IMG/VR virus record: IMGVR_UViG_2974623298_000001
Location: 12,262-76,261 of that record
Source: a virus
Taxonomy: Duplodnaviria > Caudoviricetes
DNA: 64,000 nucleotides
Strand: one strand, 5' to 3'
Position 1 is the first letter of the stretch, and each line of letters starts with the position of its first letter. The notes under the pieces are model-generated. The model had not been told where the DNA came from and did no database searches. It worked only from the letters and a program-made list of their open reading frames with translations. This document shows positions 46,582 to 56,278 of the stretch, in pieces. Both the position numbers and the translations under genes were made by a program.

Positions 46582-47310
46582 CTAGAGCTTGCTGATCTCG
46601 TGGTCGTACTGTTCCTGCGAGATCTTCAGCATTCCCATGATAGGACCAGCCGGAATCCCCTTGCCATGCATGTTAATCAGGTGCTGGCGCTCGTCATCGT
46701 TGAGCGCCTTGAACTTGCCGGTCTTGGGATCGGACGCAGGCGAGGACGCCTTGGGCTGAGGTCGTGCCGACTTGATCTCCCTGGACGGAGGAGGCATCGG
46801 GTTGTACCCCTGACACCCTGGTGTGTCCATGAAGTCGATCTGTCCGGTGTTCATGTGGTACCGCTTGAGTGCCCACTTGCTCACGGCTGCAACGTCCGCG
46901 AAGTGGGGAACACTCATCAACTGAATACAGGTTGCAAGGCCGATTGCCTGACCCTGCAGCTTGAAGTAACCCTCGAGTTCGTCGGGAGTCATCTCGTCAT
47001 TCTTGAACCGGGGTCGCTGTTCCAGGATTCCCTTGGTCACACGGTCCAGCTCATCCCACATCTTCTCCAAGATGCTTGGTCCCTTTGGCACTAGCCTTCC
47101 CTCCTCGCCGAACCCGTACGCTATTCCAAGGTACGGGCACTGATCTGTGTCGTGGTGATGACGCTTCTCTGTGCGAGCGCCTTCCTTGCTGCGGTGGTAG
47201 GTCATCCACCGACAACCAGGCGCACCACACTCGAACGTCCAGTCGAGGTGGTGCTCATGGTCTGGCTGGTTCAGTGTCGGATATATCTCCGGCCAGGTGG
47301 GGTATGTCAC
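46582..47310 (-). CDS. Hypothetical protein
   Basis: 242 aa, AGGAGG RBS. Confidence 0.7.
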   Translation of the reverse strand: MTYPTWPEIYPTLNQPDHEHHLDWTFECGAPGCRWMTYHRSKEGARTEKRHHHDTDQCPYLGIAYGFGEEGRLVPKGPSILEKMWDELDRVTKGILEQRPRFKNDEMTPDELEGYFKLQGQAIGLATCIQLMSVPHFADVAAVSKWALKRYHMNTGQIDFMDTPGCQGYNPMPPPSREIKSARPQPKASSPASDPKTGKFKALNDDERQHLINMHGKGIPAGPIMGMLKISQEQYDHEISKL

Positions 47311-47317
47311 TGTCCTC

Positions 47318-47461
47318 CTAGAGCATCGCGTCGATGATTTCTTCCTCTTCCGGCGTGACGGGGACGCTCAGGTCACCCCAGTATTCGGAGTGACTGAGCA
47401 TCGCCACGTCTAGCTCGAACTCTGGATCATACGGCCCGTAGTAATAGTCAGGGCCGAACAT
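47318..47461 (-). CDS. Small acidic hypothetical protein
   Basis: MFGPDYYYGPY...; TGATG-coupled. Confidence 0.5.
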   Translation of the reverse strand: MFGPDYYYGPYDPEFELDVAMLSHSEYWGDLSVPVTPEEEEIIDAML

Positions 47462-47883
47462 CAGATGCAGTAGGTGAAGGCACCACTCGAGCCGCCGATG
47501 TCGGACGACTCGCTGACCATCTGCCCGTTGCGGTAGATCGCGCAGTAGATCTTGCCCGGCTTGAAGGACTCGATACTCGCCGACAGTCCGGCGATGCCGT
47601 ACTCGGGGTACACGGTGTAGTCCCAGGTAGCACACTTCCAGCCGGGGATCGAGGTGTTGCCGATGATGTCCACGTGATCGGTCTCGTCGTTGCCGTACTG
47701 GTTCGTGCGCTCGAGGACGACCGGGTTGGTGCGCGCCTCGGTACAGGTGACGAGTCGGATGCTGTCCCACTCGTCGGCGATGACGGCACCTGCGGGTGCC
47801 GGGACCAGCGATGCACCGGCGATGACGCCGACGACTGCAGCTCCGGCGATCAGGTGGGACTTCATGTTCTTCAGGACGCTCAT
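47461..47883 (-). CDS. Secreted protein (signal peptide)
   Basis: MSVLKNMKSHLIAGAAVVGVIAGASLVPAPAGA; contains Cys pairs. Confidence 0.7.
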   Translation of the reverse strand: MSVLKNMKSHLIAGAAVVGVIAGASLVPAPAGAVIADEWDSIRLVTCTEARTNPVVLERTNQYGNDETDHVDIIGNTSIPGWKCATWDYTVYPEYGIAGLSASIESFKPGKIYCAIYRNGQMVSESSDIGGSSGAFTYCI

Positions 47884-48020
47884 ATTGATTCTCACTTTCG
47901 TTTGTTGTTGACGAACCTCTGCAACAAGTTGATCATCTCGCGCGCCTTCCGAGCATCGGTGATCTCCTCGGCGCAGTCGTTGCCCGCTAACCATAGCGTC
48001 AGCGAACCGTTTGACTCCTC

Positions 48021-48070
48021 GCCGAGTGTCAATTGGTGATCGCTCATGGCGTCACCAATTGACACTCGGC
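48021..48070. terminator. 19-bp perfect hairpin containing TTGACA arms
   Basis: GCCGAGTGTCAATTGGTGA / TCACCAATTGACACTCGGC. Confidence 0.55.
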
Positions 48071-48088
48071 CAACTAGGCGTCCGATGA

Positions 48089-48406
48089 TCAGTCCTCGGC
48101 CGGAACTTCAGGCTCGGTCGGCTCGGCCGGCTTGTCGAAGTAGTCCGGGCGCTCGTAGCTGTAGTCCGGGCCGGTGCGGGGCAGGTCGCCCATGCTGATC
48201 GGGTCGGTGTTCGCACCTCCGCCGATCTGATCGCCGTTGGTCGAGACGATCGGCGGCGGGCAGGGTGCCGGGCCGGTCGGCGTCGAGATCGTGCAGGCGA
48301 GGGTGACGTTCGCGGGGGCGGGCGTCGGGCTGGCGATTGCGGCTGCCGGTGCTCCGAGTGCGAGTGCGAATGCCGAGGTGATTGCGATCTTGCGGAAGAT
48401 GTTCAT
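48089..48406 (-). CDS. Secreted Pro-rich protein (signal peptide)
   Basis: MNIFRKIAITSAFALALGAPAAAIA; AAAGGAG RBS. Confidence 0.75.
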   Translation of the reverse strand: MNIFRKIAITSAFALALGAPAAAIASPTPAPANVTLACTISTPTGPAPCPPPIVSTNGDQIGGGANTDPISMGDLPRTGPDYSYERPDYFDKPAEPTEPEVPAED

Positions 48407-48467
48407 GTGTGTTGCTCCTTTGTTCTGTGTTGTGAGGTCGAACTAGTACTACTAGAGGTTCGGAATA

Positions 48468-48498
48468 AGCCCGAGCCGTGATCCATACGGCTCGGGCT
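48468..48498. terminator. 12-bp hairpin
   Basis: AGCCCGAGCCGT / ACGGCTCGGGCT. Confidence 0.5.
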
Positions 48499-48622
48499 AT
48501 CCGACAGCCTTTCAGCTGACCGACCAACCCCTCATTGACAGGGTGCGTTACTTCCCAAGGCTGGTTACGCCTGACCACTGTCCCCCGAGTTTACCAATTG
48601 GGAGTGACTCGCGGGCTCGGGG

Positions 48623-49051
48623 TCAGTCTTGGGCCGGCTCTTCCTTGCCCTTGTCCTCGCCCTTGTTGGCGGGCGGGTCGGCGTGGAAGTGCGACAGCGG
48701 GGTGTGGTCGATCCCGTCGTGGAAGCTGAGCGCCTGCTCCGGGGACATCGCATTGATGTCTGCGAGAGCGTAGCCATGGCGGTCCACGAGGTGACGCTTC
48801 ACCGAGTCGAGGTTGACGATGTTGAGGCGGCGAGCCTTCATGTCGGCCTCGGACTCCGGCGCGATGCGAATGTCCTTGATCTGATCGGCGGGCACCAGTG
48901 TCAGGGACGAGCGTCCCTTCTCCTTGAAGGCGATGGCCTGCGGCGAGGCAGAGGCGACGGTGCCGGTGACGTAGTCCTCGGCTTCGGTGGTGAGAAGTTC
49001 GACACGCTTGTCCGCGTAATCGGTGAGCGCGAGCTCGGTTGCTGCGGTCAT
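48623..49051 (-). CDS. Hypothetical protein (Sm/SH3-like N-terminus possible)
   Basis: 142 aa, AGGAGG RBS, very high GC3. Confidence 0.75.
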   Translation of the reverse strand: MTAATELALTDYADKRVELLTTEAEDYVTGTVASASPQAIAFKEKGRSSLTLVPADQIKDIRIAPESEADMKARRLNIVNLDSVKRHLVDRHGYALADINAMSPEQALSFHDGIDHTPLSHFHADPPANKGEDKGKEEPAQD

Positions 49052-49108
49052 GATGTCCTCCTATGTAGCGTTTCCGGTGGTCAGGGCGGGTGTCCGCCGT
49101 ACCCGTTA

Positions 49109-49138
49109 ATAGTACCACGGGCACGGCGGAATCCGCAA
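49109..49138 (-). promoter_or_regulatory. Promoter TTGCGG-N18-TACTAT
   Basis: Upstream of 48623..49051; TG extension present. Confidence 0.5.
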
Positions 49139-49173
49139 CCCCGAAAACCCCGCAACTTTCGGGGGACGGAACT

Positions 49174-49743
49174 CTACCCGGCGCGCAGGACCTCGAGAGT
49201 CTTGAGGCCTTCGAGCCCCATGAACTTCACGAGCTCGGACCAGGGCATCGGGGCGATCGCCCTCTTGCCGACAGTGACGTACCACATCAGGCGCACGCCG
49301 AGGATGTCGCAGTCCGGGTGCTCGGTACTGCGCCTCACGTACTCCTCGGGAATGCCGATGGAAACGTACTCGTACGACTTCGCGCTCGCGTCCCTGGTGT
49401 AGCGCTTCTTGAAGGCGACGACCGGACTCGCGCCCTCGGCGGTGGGCTTCGGCTCCCGGTGCAGCATCTCCCGAGTCAGCGCCTCCTGTGCCAGCTCGGC
49501 GGCGCGCTGATGCTCCTCGACCCGAGCCTCGGCATAGCGGAGGGACTCGAGCGACGACGCCAGCAGGTTGGCGAGCTGTCCGACACTCATGCCGTCGCCG
49601 GTGGTGTTCATGCCCAACTCGGGAACCGAGGTCTCGACACGCTCGCCCTGGCTGGAGTGCTTCGCCCGACACTTCGCTCGCTCGTGCGAGGTTGCGGGAT
49701 GCGCGCAGTACTTGTGACTCATGCGCTTCTTCTTGTTCGCCAT
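49174..49743 (-). CDS. Hypothetical protein
   Basis: 189 aa, AGGAGG RBS. Confidence 0.7.
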   Translation of the reverse strand: MANKKKRMSHKYCAHPATSHERAKCRAKHSSQGERVETSVPELGMNTTGDGMSVGQLANLLASSLESLRYAEARVEEHQRAAELAQEALTREMLHREPKPTAEGASPVVAFKKRYTRDASAKSYEYVSIGIPEEYVRRSTEHPDCDILGVRLMWYVTVGKRAIAPMPWSELVKFMGLEGLKTLEVLRAG

Positions 49744-49746
49744 TCG

Positions 49747-49968
49747 TTACCTCCTCGTTCGTTCGGCCTGGAGTCTGATCTTCAGTCCCAGGTACTGCTC
49801 GGCAGGTACTTCCTCATACTTGCCGGTGTCCTCGTTCTTCTTCTCGATGGTCGTGAAGATGTACCGATTATCTATCTCGATCATCGCTCGCACAGCGTCC
49901 TCAAGCTCCGGCCAGGTCTGGGGTGTGACCAGCTTGTAGGGCGTGTGGAGTATGGCGCAGCGGTACAT
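49747..49968 (-). CDS. Hypothetical protein
   Basis: ATG at 49968, TGATG-coupled. Confidence 0.55.
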   Translation of the reverse strand: MYRCAILHTPYKLVTPQTWPELEDAVRAMIEIDNRYIFTTIEKKNEDTGKYEEVPAEQYLGLKIRLQAERTRR

Positions 49969-50267
49969 CAGAGGTCCCGATCCAACGAGTCGATGTAGTC
50001 GGCGGCGATGAAGCACTGGGGTGTGATTCTTCGCATGGCTGCGGTCAGCACCGCCACGACATCGCGCGCCTTCATGTTCACGCGCACATCAGACCCGTCG
50101 ATCATGCGAATGAGGGCGCTCGATCCATCACCAGCCGACTGAACCATCACAGTCTTGTCGAGGGATACGAACACGTAGTCGCTGGACTCGCGTTCCTTTG
50201 TGCCCAAGCTGGGCTGACCCAACCTGGTCGACTGCCACAGCTCGAACTGCACGAAGTGATTATGCAT
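49968..50267 (-). CDS. Hypothetical protein
   Basis: 99 aa, GGGAGG RBS. Confidence 0.65.
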   Translation of the reverse strand: MHNHFVQFELWQSTRLGQPSLGTKERESSDYVFVSLDKTVMVQSAGDGSSALIRMIDGSDVRVNMKARDVVAVLTAAMRRITPQCFIAADYIDSLDRDL

Positions 50268-50280
50268 TACTTACCTCCCT

Positions 50281-50577
50281 TCATACTTCATACGGCGGGA
50301 TGGGCGGGTGATCCGGCGGGTCAGTGTGTGGACCCTCGCCTGGCGGATCAGGCACGATGGTCACCCCACCTCGGTTGCCGACCTCTGCGGTCATGGCGTC
50401 CATGATCTCGCGAGTACGCTTGAGGCGCTCCTCGTTGTCCTCGAGCTTGGCGATGCTGTTGAGCGCACTGGCACCCAGTGAGATGAACTCATCCTGTCGG
50501 ATGGTCCGCTTGCTGGTGAAGAACTCAACCCGGAACTCTTCTTCGTCGTCATCTTCCAGCTCGAAATTGATACGCAT
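50281..50577 (-). CDS. Hypothetical protein
   Basis: 98 aa, TAATG-coupled. Confidence 0.65.
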   Translation of the reverse strand: MRINFELEDDDEEEFRVEFFTSKRTIRQDEFISLGASALNSIAKLEDNEERLKRTREIMDAMTAEVGNRGGVTIVPDPPGEGPHTDPPDHPPIPPYEV

Positions 50578-51086
50578 TAGGTGTCCTCGATTCGTCTTGT
50601 CTGGTTGCGGTACTCGGGTGGCGGTAGCAGGCGCTCGTCGGTAGGATCGAAGTTCCGTGGACGCCAGGGCTTTATGCCTGGCCCAGTGATCGGCCCGTTG
50701 ATCGGGTAGCTCCCGACCACTGCTGCTTTCTTTCTCTGCTTGGCCAGTATCCTTCGGCCTCGCTTGTTCCTACCTTGCTCGGTGTTCGTGCGGCGAAGCC
50801 ACTGTTCCTCGGTCTCGTCATACCAGCGCCCTATTTCCTTTGGCCCCACCCAGATGGTGCGCTCGGGGAGTCGGTGGCCCCGCCTCCTGTTGCACAGCAT
50901 GTGCGTTGGCCTCAAGTTTGACTTGCTGTCCGTGCCGCCGAGAAACTTTGGTATATAGTGATCCGCGTTGAAGTACCAGTATCCGGTAGTAAGAGTGTAG
51001 TCGATCTCCTCTCCACATATCCAGCACGGCGGCTGGAGCAAGCGACACTCGCGCTTGAAGCTCATGATGGGTCGGAGTTCGGTCAT
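50577..51086 (-). CDS. HNH endonuclease
   Basis: CWICG, DHYIP..GG, SNLRPTHMLCN; ATG at 51086. Confidence 0.85.
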   Translation of the reverse strand: MTELRPIMSFKRECRLLQPPCWICGEEIDYTLTTGYWYFNADHYIPKFLGGTDSKSNLRPTHMLCNRRRGHRLPERTIWVGPKEIGRWYDETEEQWLRRTNTEQGRNKRGRRILAKQRKKAAVVGSYPINGPITGPGIKPWRPRNFDPTDERLLPPPEYRNQTRRIEDT

Positions 51087-51370
51087 CCGAAACCGCCGGA
51101 CTCCATCACCTTCAACCGCACCTTGCCACGCTGCGCACGGTCGAGCCCACCCTTGACGTGGTAACCCTTGGGGTAGGTGTATGTGCGTCTCGTGATGAAG
51201 CCCGTCCGACGCTCGACCAGCGCACGTCGGCGAAGCCCACACCGCAGGCACCCGAGTGTTTCCCAGTACCCTTCGGCACTGAAGATGATGTCACCCACTG
51301 CATCCCAAGCGTGGCCGTAGGTGCGGCAGCGTGCGTGATCATCGTCGAGTGTGACCTTACCTATCTTCAT
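51083..51370 (-). CDS. Hypothetical protein (Cys/His motif)
   Basis: CRTYGHAW...CLRC. Confidence 0.65.
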   Translation of the reverse strand: MKIGKVTLDDDHARCRTYGHAWDAVGDIIFSAEGYWETLGCLRCGLRRRALVERRTGFITRRTYTYPKGYHVKGGLDRAQRGKVRLKVMESGGFG

Positions 51371-51373
51371 GCA

Positions 51374-51718
51374 TCACCTCCATTGCTTTGAGGGCTCATC
51401 CCACACCTTGACGCCCGACTCTGGATACTCCAGGTACGTGTCGAGCCTTTCGTGGTAGTCGTACTCGGCGGTTACCACTTGCCCCTGGTTGAGTACCACC
51501 AAGCCAGCGTTGCCGTGAGGGGTGGGCGGGAACAGGTGGGCGATGCGCAGCTCTCCGATCTCGCAGCTGTCTACATCGGCTCCGTCGAGAACGATCTCGT
51601 AATCGTCGGGCACGTCGGCAAGCGCGGCCTTCATCTCGCCAACCGAGGCGGACCACTTGTTGGACCACTTCATGTTCTCGGGATCATCGCCCACAGGTTC
51701 GGGCATGAACATTCCCAT
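51374..51718 (-). CDS. Hypothetical protein
   Basis: 114-aa ORF. Confidence 0.6.
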   Translation of the reverse strand: MGMFMPEPVGDDPENMKWSNKWSASVGEMKAALADVPDDYEIVLDGADVDSCEIGELRIAHLFPPTPHGNAGLVVLNQGQVVTAEYDYHERLDTYLEYPESGVKVWDEPSKQWR

Positions 51719-51719
51719 C

Positions 51720-51959
51720 TCAGTCCTCCTTGTACTTGACGTCCGCGTTGAAGAAGCCGTTGCCCAACCCGCTCACATACGCAGACCAGGCGTCGACCTG
51801 TTGACCACCTCGGTGGTACACCATGCCAGCACTGCGTGCGTAGTTCTCGATCGTTGAGATGGCACGGAACTTCTCCATGTTGCAGTACCCACACCCACCT
51901 TCGAGGCAGGTTGCATCTGGGGTGGGCCAGCAGATACGACGTGCAATAACCTCGGACAT
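51720..51959 (-). CDS. Hypothetical protein
   Basis: 79 aa, C..C...CGYC. Confidence 0.6.
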   Translation of the reverse strand: MSEVIARRICWPTPDATCLEGGCGYCNMEKFRAISTIENYARSAGMVYHRGGQQVDAWSAYVSGLGNGFFNADVKYKED

Positions 51960-52384
51960 TAGTTCTCCTCGTCTAGTGGCTTGAGTCCACCGAGTGCTAG
52001 CCTCAGCTTCTCGGGTGTGACACCCTCGGGTGATTCGAGCATCTTCATGTATACATCTGGATACATCTGGTATAGACGCTCGTGCATAGCCACCTCGTCC
52101 AGGCTCTCAACCTCCCACTTGCTTTCGGGGTCGGGATTGAGGCCGGCTAGTGCCCATCGAACCTTCGCTGGATCGAGACCCTCGGGTGACTCAAGCAGCT
52201 TCATGTACGAGATGGGGTCTAAGTTCCACAGCCTGACCTGGTTGGCTATCTCTTTCTCGGAGTACTGGGTACCGAGGGGGCGCGGCAGGGGCTTGGGCTT
52301 GTGGGCAATGAACACTTTCCATGCCACGGTGGCAAAGAATACCATGATCCACAGTGGAACTATGACGTACCATTCAAGTACCAT
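51959..52384 (-). CDS. Membrane-anchored protein with an internal duplication
   Basis: N-terminal TM; YMKLLESPEGLDP and YMKMLESPEGVTP repeats. Confidence 0.65.
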   Translation of the reverse strand: MVLEWYVIVPLWIMVFFATVAWKVFIAHKPKPLPRPLGTQYSEKEIANQVRLWNLDPISYMKLLESPEGLDPAKVRWALAGLNPDPESKWEVESLDEVAMHERLYQMYPDVYMKMLESPEGVTPEKLRLALGGLKPLDEEN

Positions 52385-52386
52385 CG

Positions 52387-52698
52387 CTACCCCCTGACTG
52401 TGGTGATCTGCTCCACCTTGAATCCCGAGTGTCGGGAGATTACTCCATACACCCAGCGAACAGCGCCGTCATTGCCGCCACCCGGATCGGCAGCGAAGCG
52501 ATAGATGCTGCCGATACCTCGAGCGATACCTGCTGACACGCTCAGAATCACATCACAGTCCCACCCTCCCGATGGGTTCTCAATGATCCTCGCCGTGTAG
52601 TTGCCGATCTCCAGAACGTACATTCTCTCGGTCTGGTTGACCGACTGATTGACAGCCTGCCACTCGCCCTGCACACTGAGTACTACCTTGGTGCTCAT
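52387..52698 (-). CDS. Hypothetical protein
   Basis: 103 aa, GAGGGG RBS. Confidence 0.6.
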   Translation of the reverse strand: MSTKVVLSVQGEWQAVNQSVNQTERMYVLEIGNYTARIIENPSGGWDCDVILSVSAGIARGIGSIYRFAADPGGGNDGAVRWVYGVISRHSGFKVEQITTVRG

Positions 52699-52712
52699 GG
52701 TTGATCCCCTCT

Positions 52713-54641
52713 CTACTTCAATCGCTTGCCGAGGTGCTGCACTACCTTGCGGTAGTCCTCTGGTCCGTCCACCTGGCAGGTGTCGAAGCCATGGTCACGA
52801 GGGGAGTCGACCCCCATCCCTACTGCCATCAGTGTGATGTTGTTCTTCCTGCAGTACGCGATCTCGGACTTGAGTACCCGGAGCTCTTCGGTGTAGTTCG
52901 AGGCAGGCATCGCTCCGTCTGTGTAGTACATGAGAATGTGATCGGTTGCACGCATGGACTCGAGACGCTTGCGGTAGAACTGCAGTGTGTGTCCATCCAG
53001 GTTGCCCGACGACGAGTCGATACGTCGCAGCGTGTCCCTGGTCTTGTCGCCCCAGGGCGTACCCGCTTCCTTAATCATGTACAGGGCGGGCCGATCCTGG
53101 TAGTCACCACCCTTCTGTGTGTACTCCGACGTGTGTGCCCACACCTCGAACTGGATACCGAGCCGGTGCAGTACATCAGCCATTGCCATGACTGCAAACT
53201 TCTCTTCGAAGAGTGTCTCGCCTGACGTTGATCCCGAGATGTCCATGCCGATGACCACTGCATAGTCCTTCTTGTCAGGCCGTACACGCTTGGCGAACAG
53301 CCTGTCATCACCGAAGGGCACACGCTTGGCGAGCGTCCGACCCGACACCCGACCGCTGCGCTGGTTGCGGATGCGCTGGGAGCGGGAGTTGTCACCGAAA
53401 GCAACACGAGCCTGCGTCAGCGCGGGTGCGAGGTTGCGCTCGTCGGACTTGAATAGGTACGCTGCGATGTTACTGCTGCGCCCGTATCCACCGTATGCAG
53501 CGCCCTGCAGGGGTGCGTAGATGATCGGAGCCCCGACGTTCTCGGGCACGTGGTCGAGATTCTTGAGTGCCTCGAGTGCATCACGAATGTCCTCGGGACG
53601 CAGGCCCTGGTTGTTGCCACCAGAACTGTTGGACGAGCCTCCGATGCCACCTGCACCGGTGCTCTCGAAGTCATCGTCAGCTTCGTCCGGTCCCTTCATC
53701 TGGATACCGTGCCCGAACATCGCCTTCAGTAGCTCCTGAATAGCCTTGAGCAGCTCCATCAGCTCCTCATCTTCCTCAGGCTTGGCGAGGTACCCAGCCT
53801 TGCGGAACACCGACAGCGCATTGGCTGCTAGCGCGAAGGTCTCGACCGAGTCGATAGCCTCGAGCGATGACTCGACAATGCTGCGAACAGACTTGGTGCC
53901 GACGAGTTCGAGCAGGTCCTCCTGGAAGTAACCGTCGAGCTCGTCCACCGTGAACCGTGACGAGAACAGGTATGCCATGCACAGCTGCATGTCATCTTCC
54001 ATGTCGATGTACTTGACCGTGTCGCCCTCGATCTTATCGACACCGTTGATCAGGTAGCTCATCGACACTGCATCGAACACTTCCTGCTCGGCCGGATCGA
54101 AGTTCATCCGGGCTGCATCACAGCGCATGTCCTCGCCGATCAGCATGAGCATACTCAACCAAGGATCACGAGCCGAGTTGACTGCGGCAACCATCGTCGT
54201 CGCACTGTAGATAGCGTTACCGATCGCACTGACTGTGTCGGTGTCGAGGTCATGAGTGTACCCCTTGCGCCCCATGACAGCGTCGTGTGCTCGAATGACA
54301 TCGAACTTGTCGAACGAGCCGTGCACAATGTGACCGATCTCGTGATTGAGAATCTCCATCACCTCGGCCTGGGTGGCACACGCTGGGCATACAGACATGC
54401 CGTCTGCCTTCGTGTTACACATACCGTTGTGTCGCTGAGGTAGACCCAGCTTGAGCGGCGGCTCCACCCAGATGGTCTTGCCGTCAGTCAGGCTGTTCGG
54501 TCCGGCCTTGAGTATCAGCGCCGGGTTGCCCGACACCTTGCGTGCGTGGCTGCGCAGCGCCGGGATCATGCGCTGGAACTTACGAACGGCAGCCTCGGCT
54601 TGCTTCTTGCGTGCGATAGTGGCAGCGTCAGTCACATCCAC
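52713..54641 (-). CDS. VWA (MIDAS) domain protein, CobT-like
   Basis: DISGST MIDAS, YYTDGAMP; N-terminal HEIGH metallopeptidase-like motif. Confidence 0.85.
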   Translation of the reverse strand: MDVTDAATIARKKQAEAAVRKFQRMIPALRSHARKVSGNPALILKAGPNSLTDGKTIWVEPPLKLGLPQRHNGMCNTKADGMSVCPACATQAEVMEILNHEIGHIVHGSFDKFDVIRAHDAVMGRKGYTHDLDTDTVSAIGNAIYSATTMVAAVNSARDPWLSMLMLIGEDMRCDAARMNFDPAEQEVFDAVSMSYLINGVDKIEGDTVKYIDMEDDMQLCMAYLFSSRFTVDELDGYFQEDLLELVGTKSVRSIVESSLEAIDSVETFALAANALSVFRKAGYLAKPEEDEELMELLKAIQELLKAMFGHGIQMKGPDEADDDFESTGAGGIGGSSNSSGGNNQGLRPEDIRDALEALKNLDHVPENVGAPIIYAPLQGAAYGGYGRSSNIAAYLFKSDERNLAPALTQARVAFGDNSRSQRIRNQRSGRVSGRTLAKRVPFGDDRLFAKRVRPDKKDYAVVIGMDISGSTSGETLFEEKFAVMAMADVLHRLGIQFEVWAHTSEYTQKGGDYQDRPALYMIKEAGTPWGDKTRDTLRRIDSSSGNLDGHTLQFYRKRLESMRATDHILMYYTDGAMPASNYTEELRVLKSEIAYCRKNNITLMAVGMGVDSPRDHGFDTCQVDGPEDYRKVVQHLGKRLK

Positions 54642-56194
54642 ACCTTACCCTTCGTGTTCTGCTCGACCACGTTGTTGACCATCGCCTTGGTCTCGGGCTC
54701 GAGGTAGTCGAGCACCGCCAGGTTGTACGCCTTCTCGATCGGGAACCAAGCGGTTGCCCGAGCGACCTTGATCTGGTTGCGGATACCCCAGGTCAGCGGC
54801 ACCTCGTCGTTGTTGCTCATCTCTCGGATCGTCGCAGCGATCTTCATGATTGCGTCGAGCGTCTGCTTCGGGATGTCGTACCCGTCGAGGCTGCACCGCT
54901 CCTCGATGATCTGCCGCTCGAGTGGCTCGGGTGGCATGTCCACGAAGATGTGCATGAGACGTGATCCATCAGCGTCACCGATGACCTGCGCGCCGACGTT
55001 TCGATGATCCCAGGCAGGGTTCATTGCCATGCCGAGGAAGCAGAACTGGTTGCGCTCCACCGGCTCGCCTTCGTTGGCATCGTTGATCAGCTGCTTGCTG
55101 TTGTCAGTGAGTGGACGGATGAACTGCCACACCTCGGGCGGTCCTGTGTTCGGCTCATCGAGCACCACCACGTTGGGCTTCTTCCAGGCGGCGACGATGC
55201 GCCCGTCTTTGAACACGGTCTCGTTGTTCTCGAAGAACATCTTGCCGGCCAGGTCGTCCTTCTCGGACTCGCCGGTGATCGAGATGCGCTCGAACGGAAT
55301 TTGCATGAGCCATGCCATGTACCGGAAGAACTCCGTCTTGCCTGTGCCCGCCTTGCCATGCAGTGCCGGGGTCTCGTCGAGCTTGAACCACAGTGCGGCG
55401 ACGGTGAACGTCAGCCCCATGTGGTCGATGTAAGTCTCGGGATGTTCCTGATCACCAGTCGCAGGGATCTTGGCCTGCTCCTCCGGCGAGAAGATCTCGC
55501 GCTTGAAGATGGGGATGTACACCTCGCGATCGTCCTGTGTGATGCGCCGCCACGCTCGGATGCCAGCCTGATCCTGCTTCTCGCTGACCGGCTGATCAGT
55601 CGGGTAGGTACTGGGCTCGAGTGATGTGTCCACCGAGTCCTTGTTCCACAGCTTCGGACCGACACCGCCGGGCACGTCGTGCGGGGTGAGGTACTTGGCC
55701 AGGCCCGGATCGAGTGTGATCGAGTCGAGCATTGCCTCACGGTGGGCAGTCACGTCGGTGACCTCGCCGCGCTTGGCTTCGCTGCACTGGCGTGCGATGT
55801 CAGCTGCACGCTGGTCCGGGATCAGCTTGCCGAAGAATGCACACGCTCCCATGGGAAGGCTGAACCTCTCGCCAACCGCAACGGGTGCGATGTAGAAGTA
55901 GCACGCCTTGCAGGTCTTGGCACGACCACTCGATGCGACAGGTCCCTTGGGTACACCGATGCCGATACTCGGAGCGATGATGACATCGCTTGTGTTCTTG
56001 CTGTGCATCTGGCACACGCTGCCGAGGGTTTCCATGCGCTCGTTGATCTGCGCCGAGGTCATCGACTGTGTGCCGATGACCAAGCCACGGGCACGGCATG
56101 TCATCATCTGAACAGGTCGGCCGTAGATGCGGGTCTGCTGTGCAGTGTCCTGCATTTCCACGAGGTGTGGGCATGTGCCACAGGTCTTCGACAT
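54632..56194 (-). CDS. MoxR-family AAA+ ATPase (CobS/CbbQ/NirQ-like)
   Basis: Walker A GKAGTGKT, Walker B VVLDE, AMNP, IRN. Confidence 0.85.
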   Translation of the reverse strand: MSKTCGTCPHLVEMQDTAQQTRIYGRPVQMMTCRARGLVIGTQSMTSAQINERMETLGSVCQMHSKNTSDVIIAPSIGIGVPKGPVASSGRAKTCKACYFYIAPVAVGERFSLPMGACAFFGKLIPDQRAADIARQCSEAKRGEVTDVTAHREAMLDSITLDPGLAKYLTPHDVPGGVGPKLWNKDSVDTSLEPSTYPTDQPVSEKQDQAGIRAWRRITQDDREVYIPIFKREIFSPEEQAKIPATGDQEHPETYIDHMGLTFTVAALWFKLDETPALHGKAGTGKTEFFRYMAWLMQIPFERISITGESEKDDLAGKMFFENNETVFKDGRIVAAWKKPNVVVLDEPNTGPPEVWQFIRPLTDNSKQLINDANEGEPVERNQFCFLGMAMNPAWDHRNVGAQVIGDADGSRLMHIFVDMPPEPLERQIIEERCSLDGYDIPKQTLDAIMKIAATIREMSNNDEVPLTWGIRNQIKVARATAWFPIEKAYNLAVLDYLEPETKAMVNNVVEQNTKGKVWM

Positions 56195-56248
56195 ATGTGG
56201 TGCACTCCTTACGGTAGTGAGATTGTGTTGGTAAGTTTCACGGTCGTG

Positions 56249-56278
56249 ATACTACCATAGTTTGACAGCTATTGTCAA
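56249..56278 (-). promoter_or_regulatory. SigA-like promoter TTGACA-N18-TAGTAT
   Basis: Upstream of the ATPase; the -35 is one arm of a palindrome. Confidence 0.65.

Noticed and set aside
48550-48575. Possible additional IdeR box (GGTTACGCCTGACC)
   Set aside because: The spacing and arms do not fit the 19-bp consensus.
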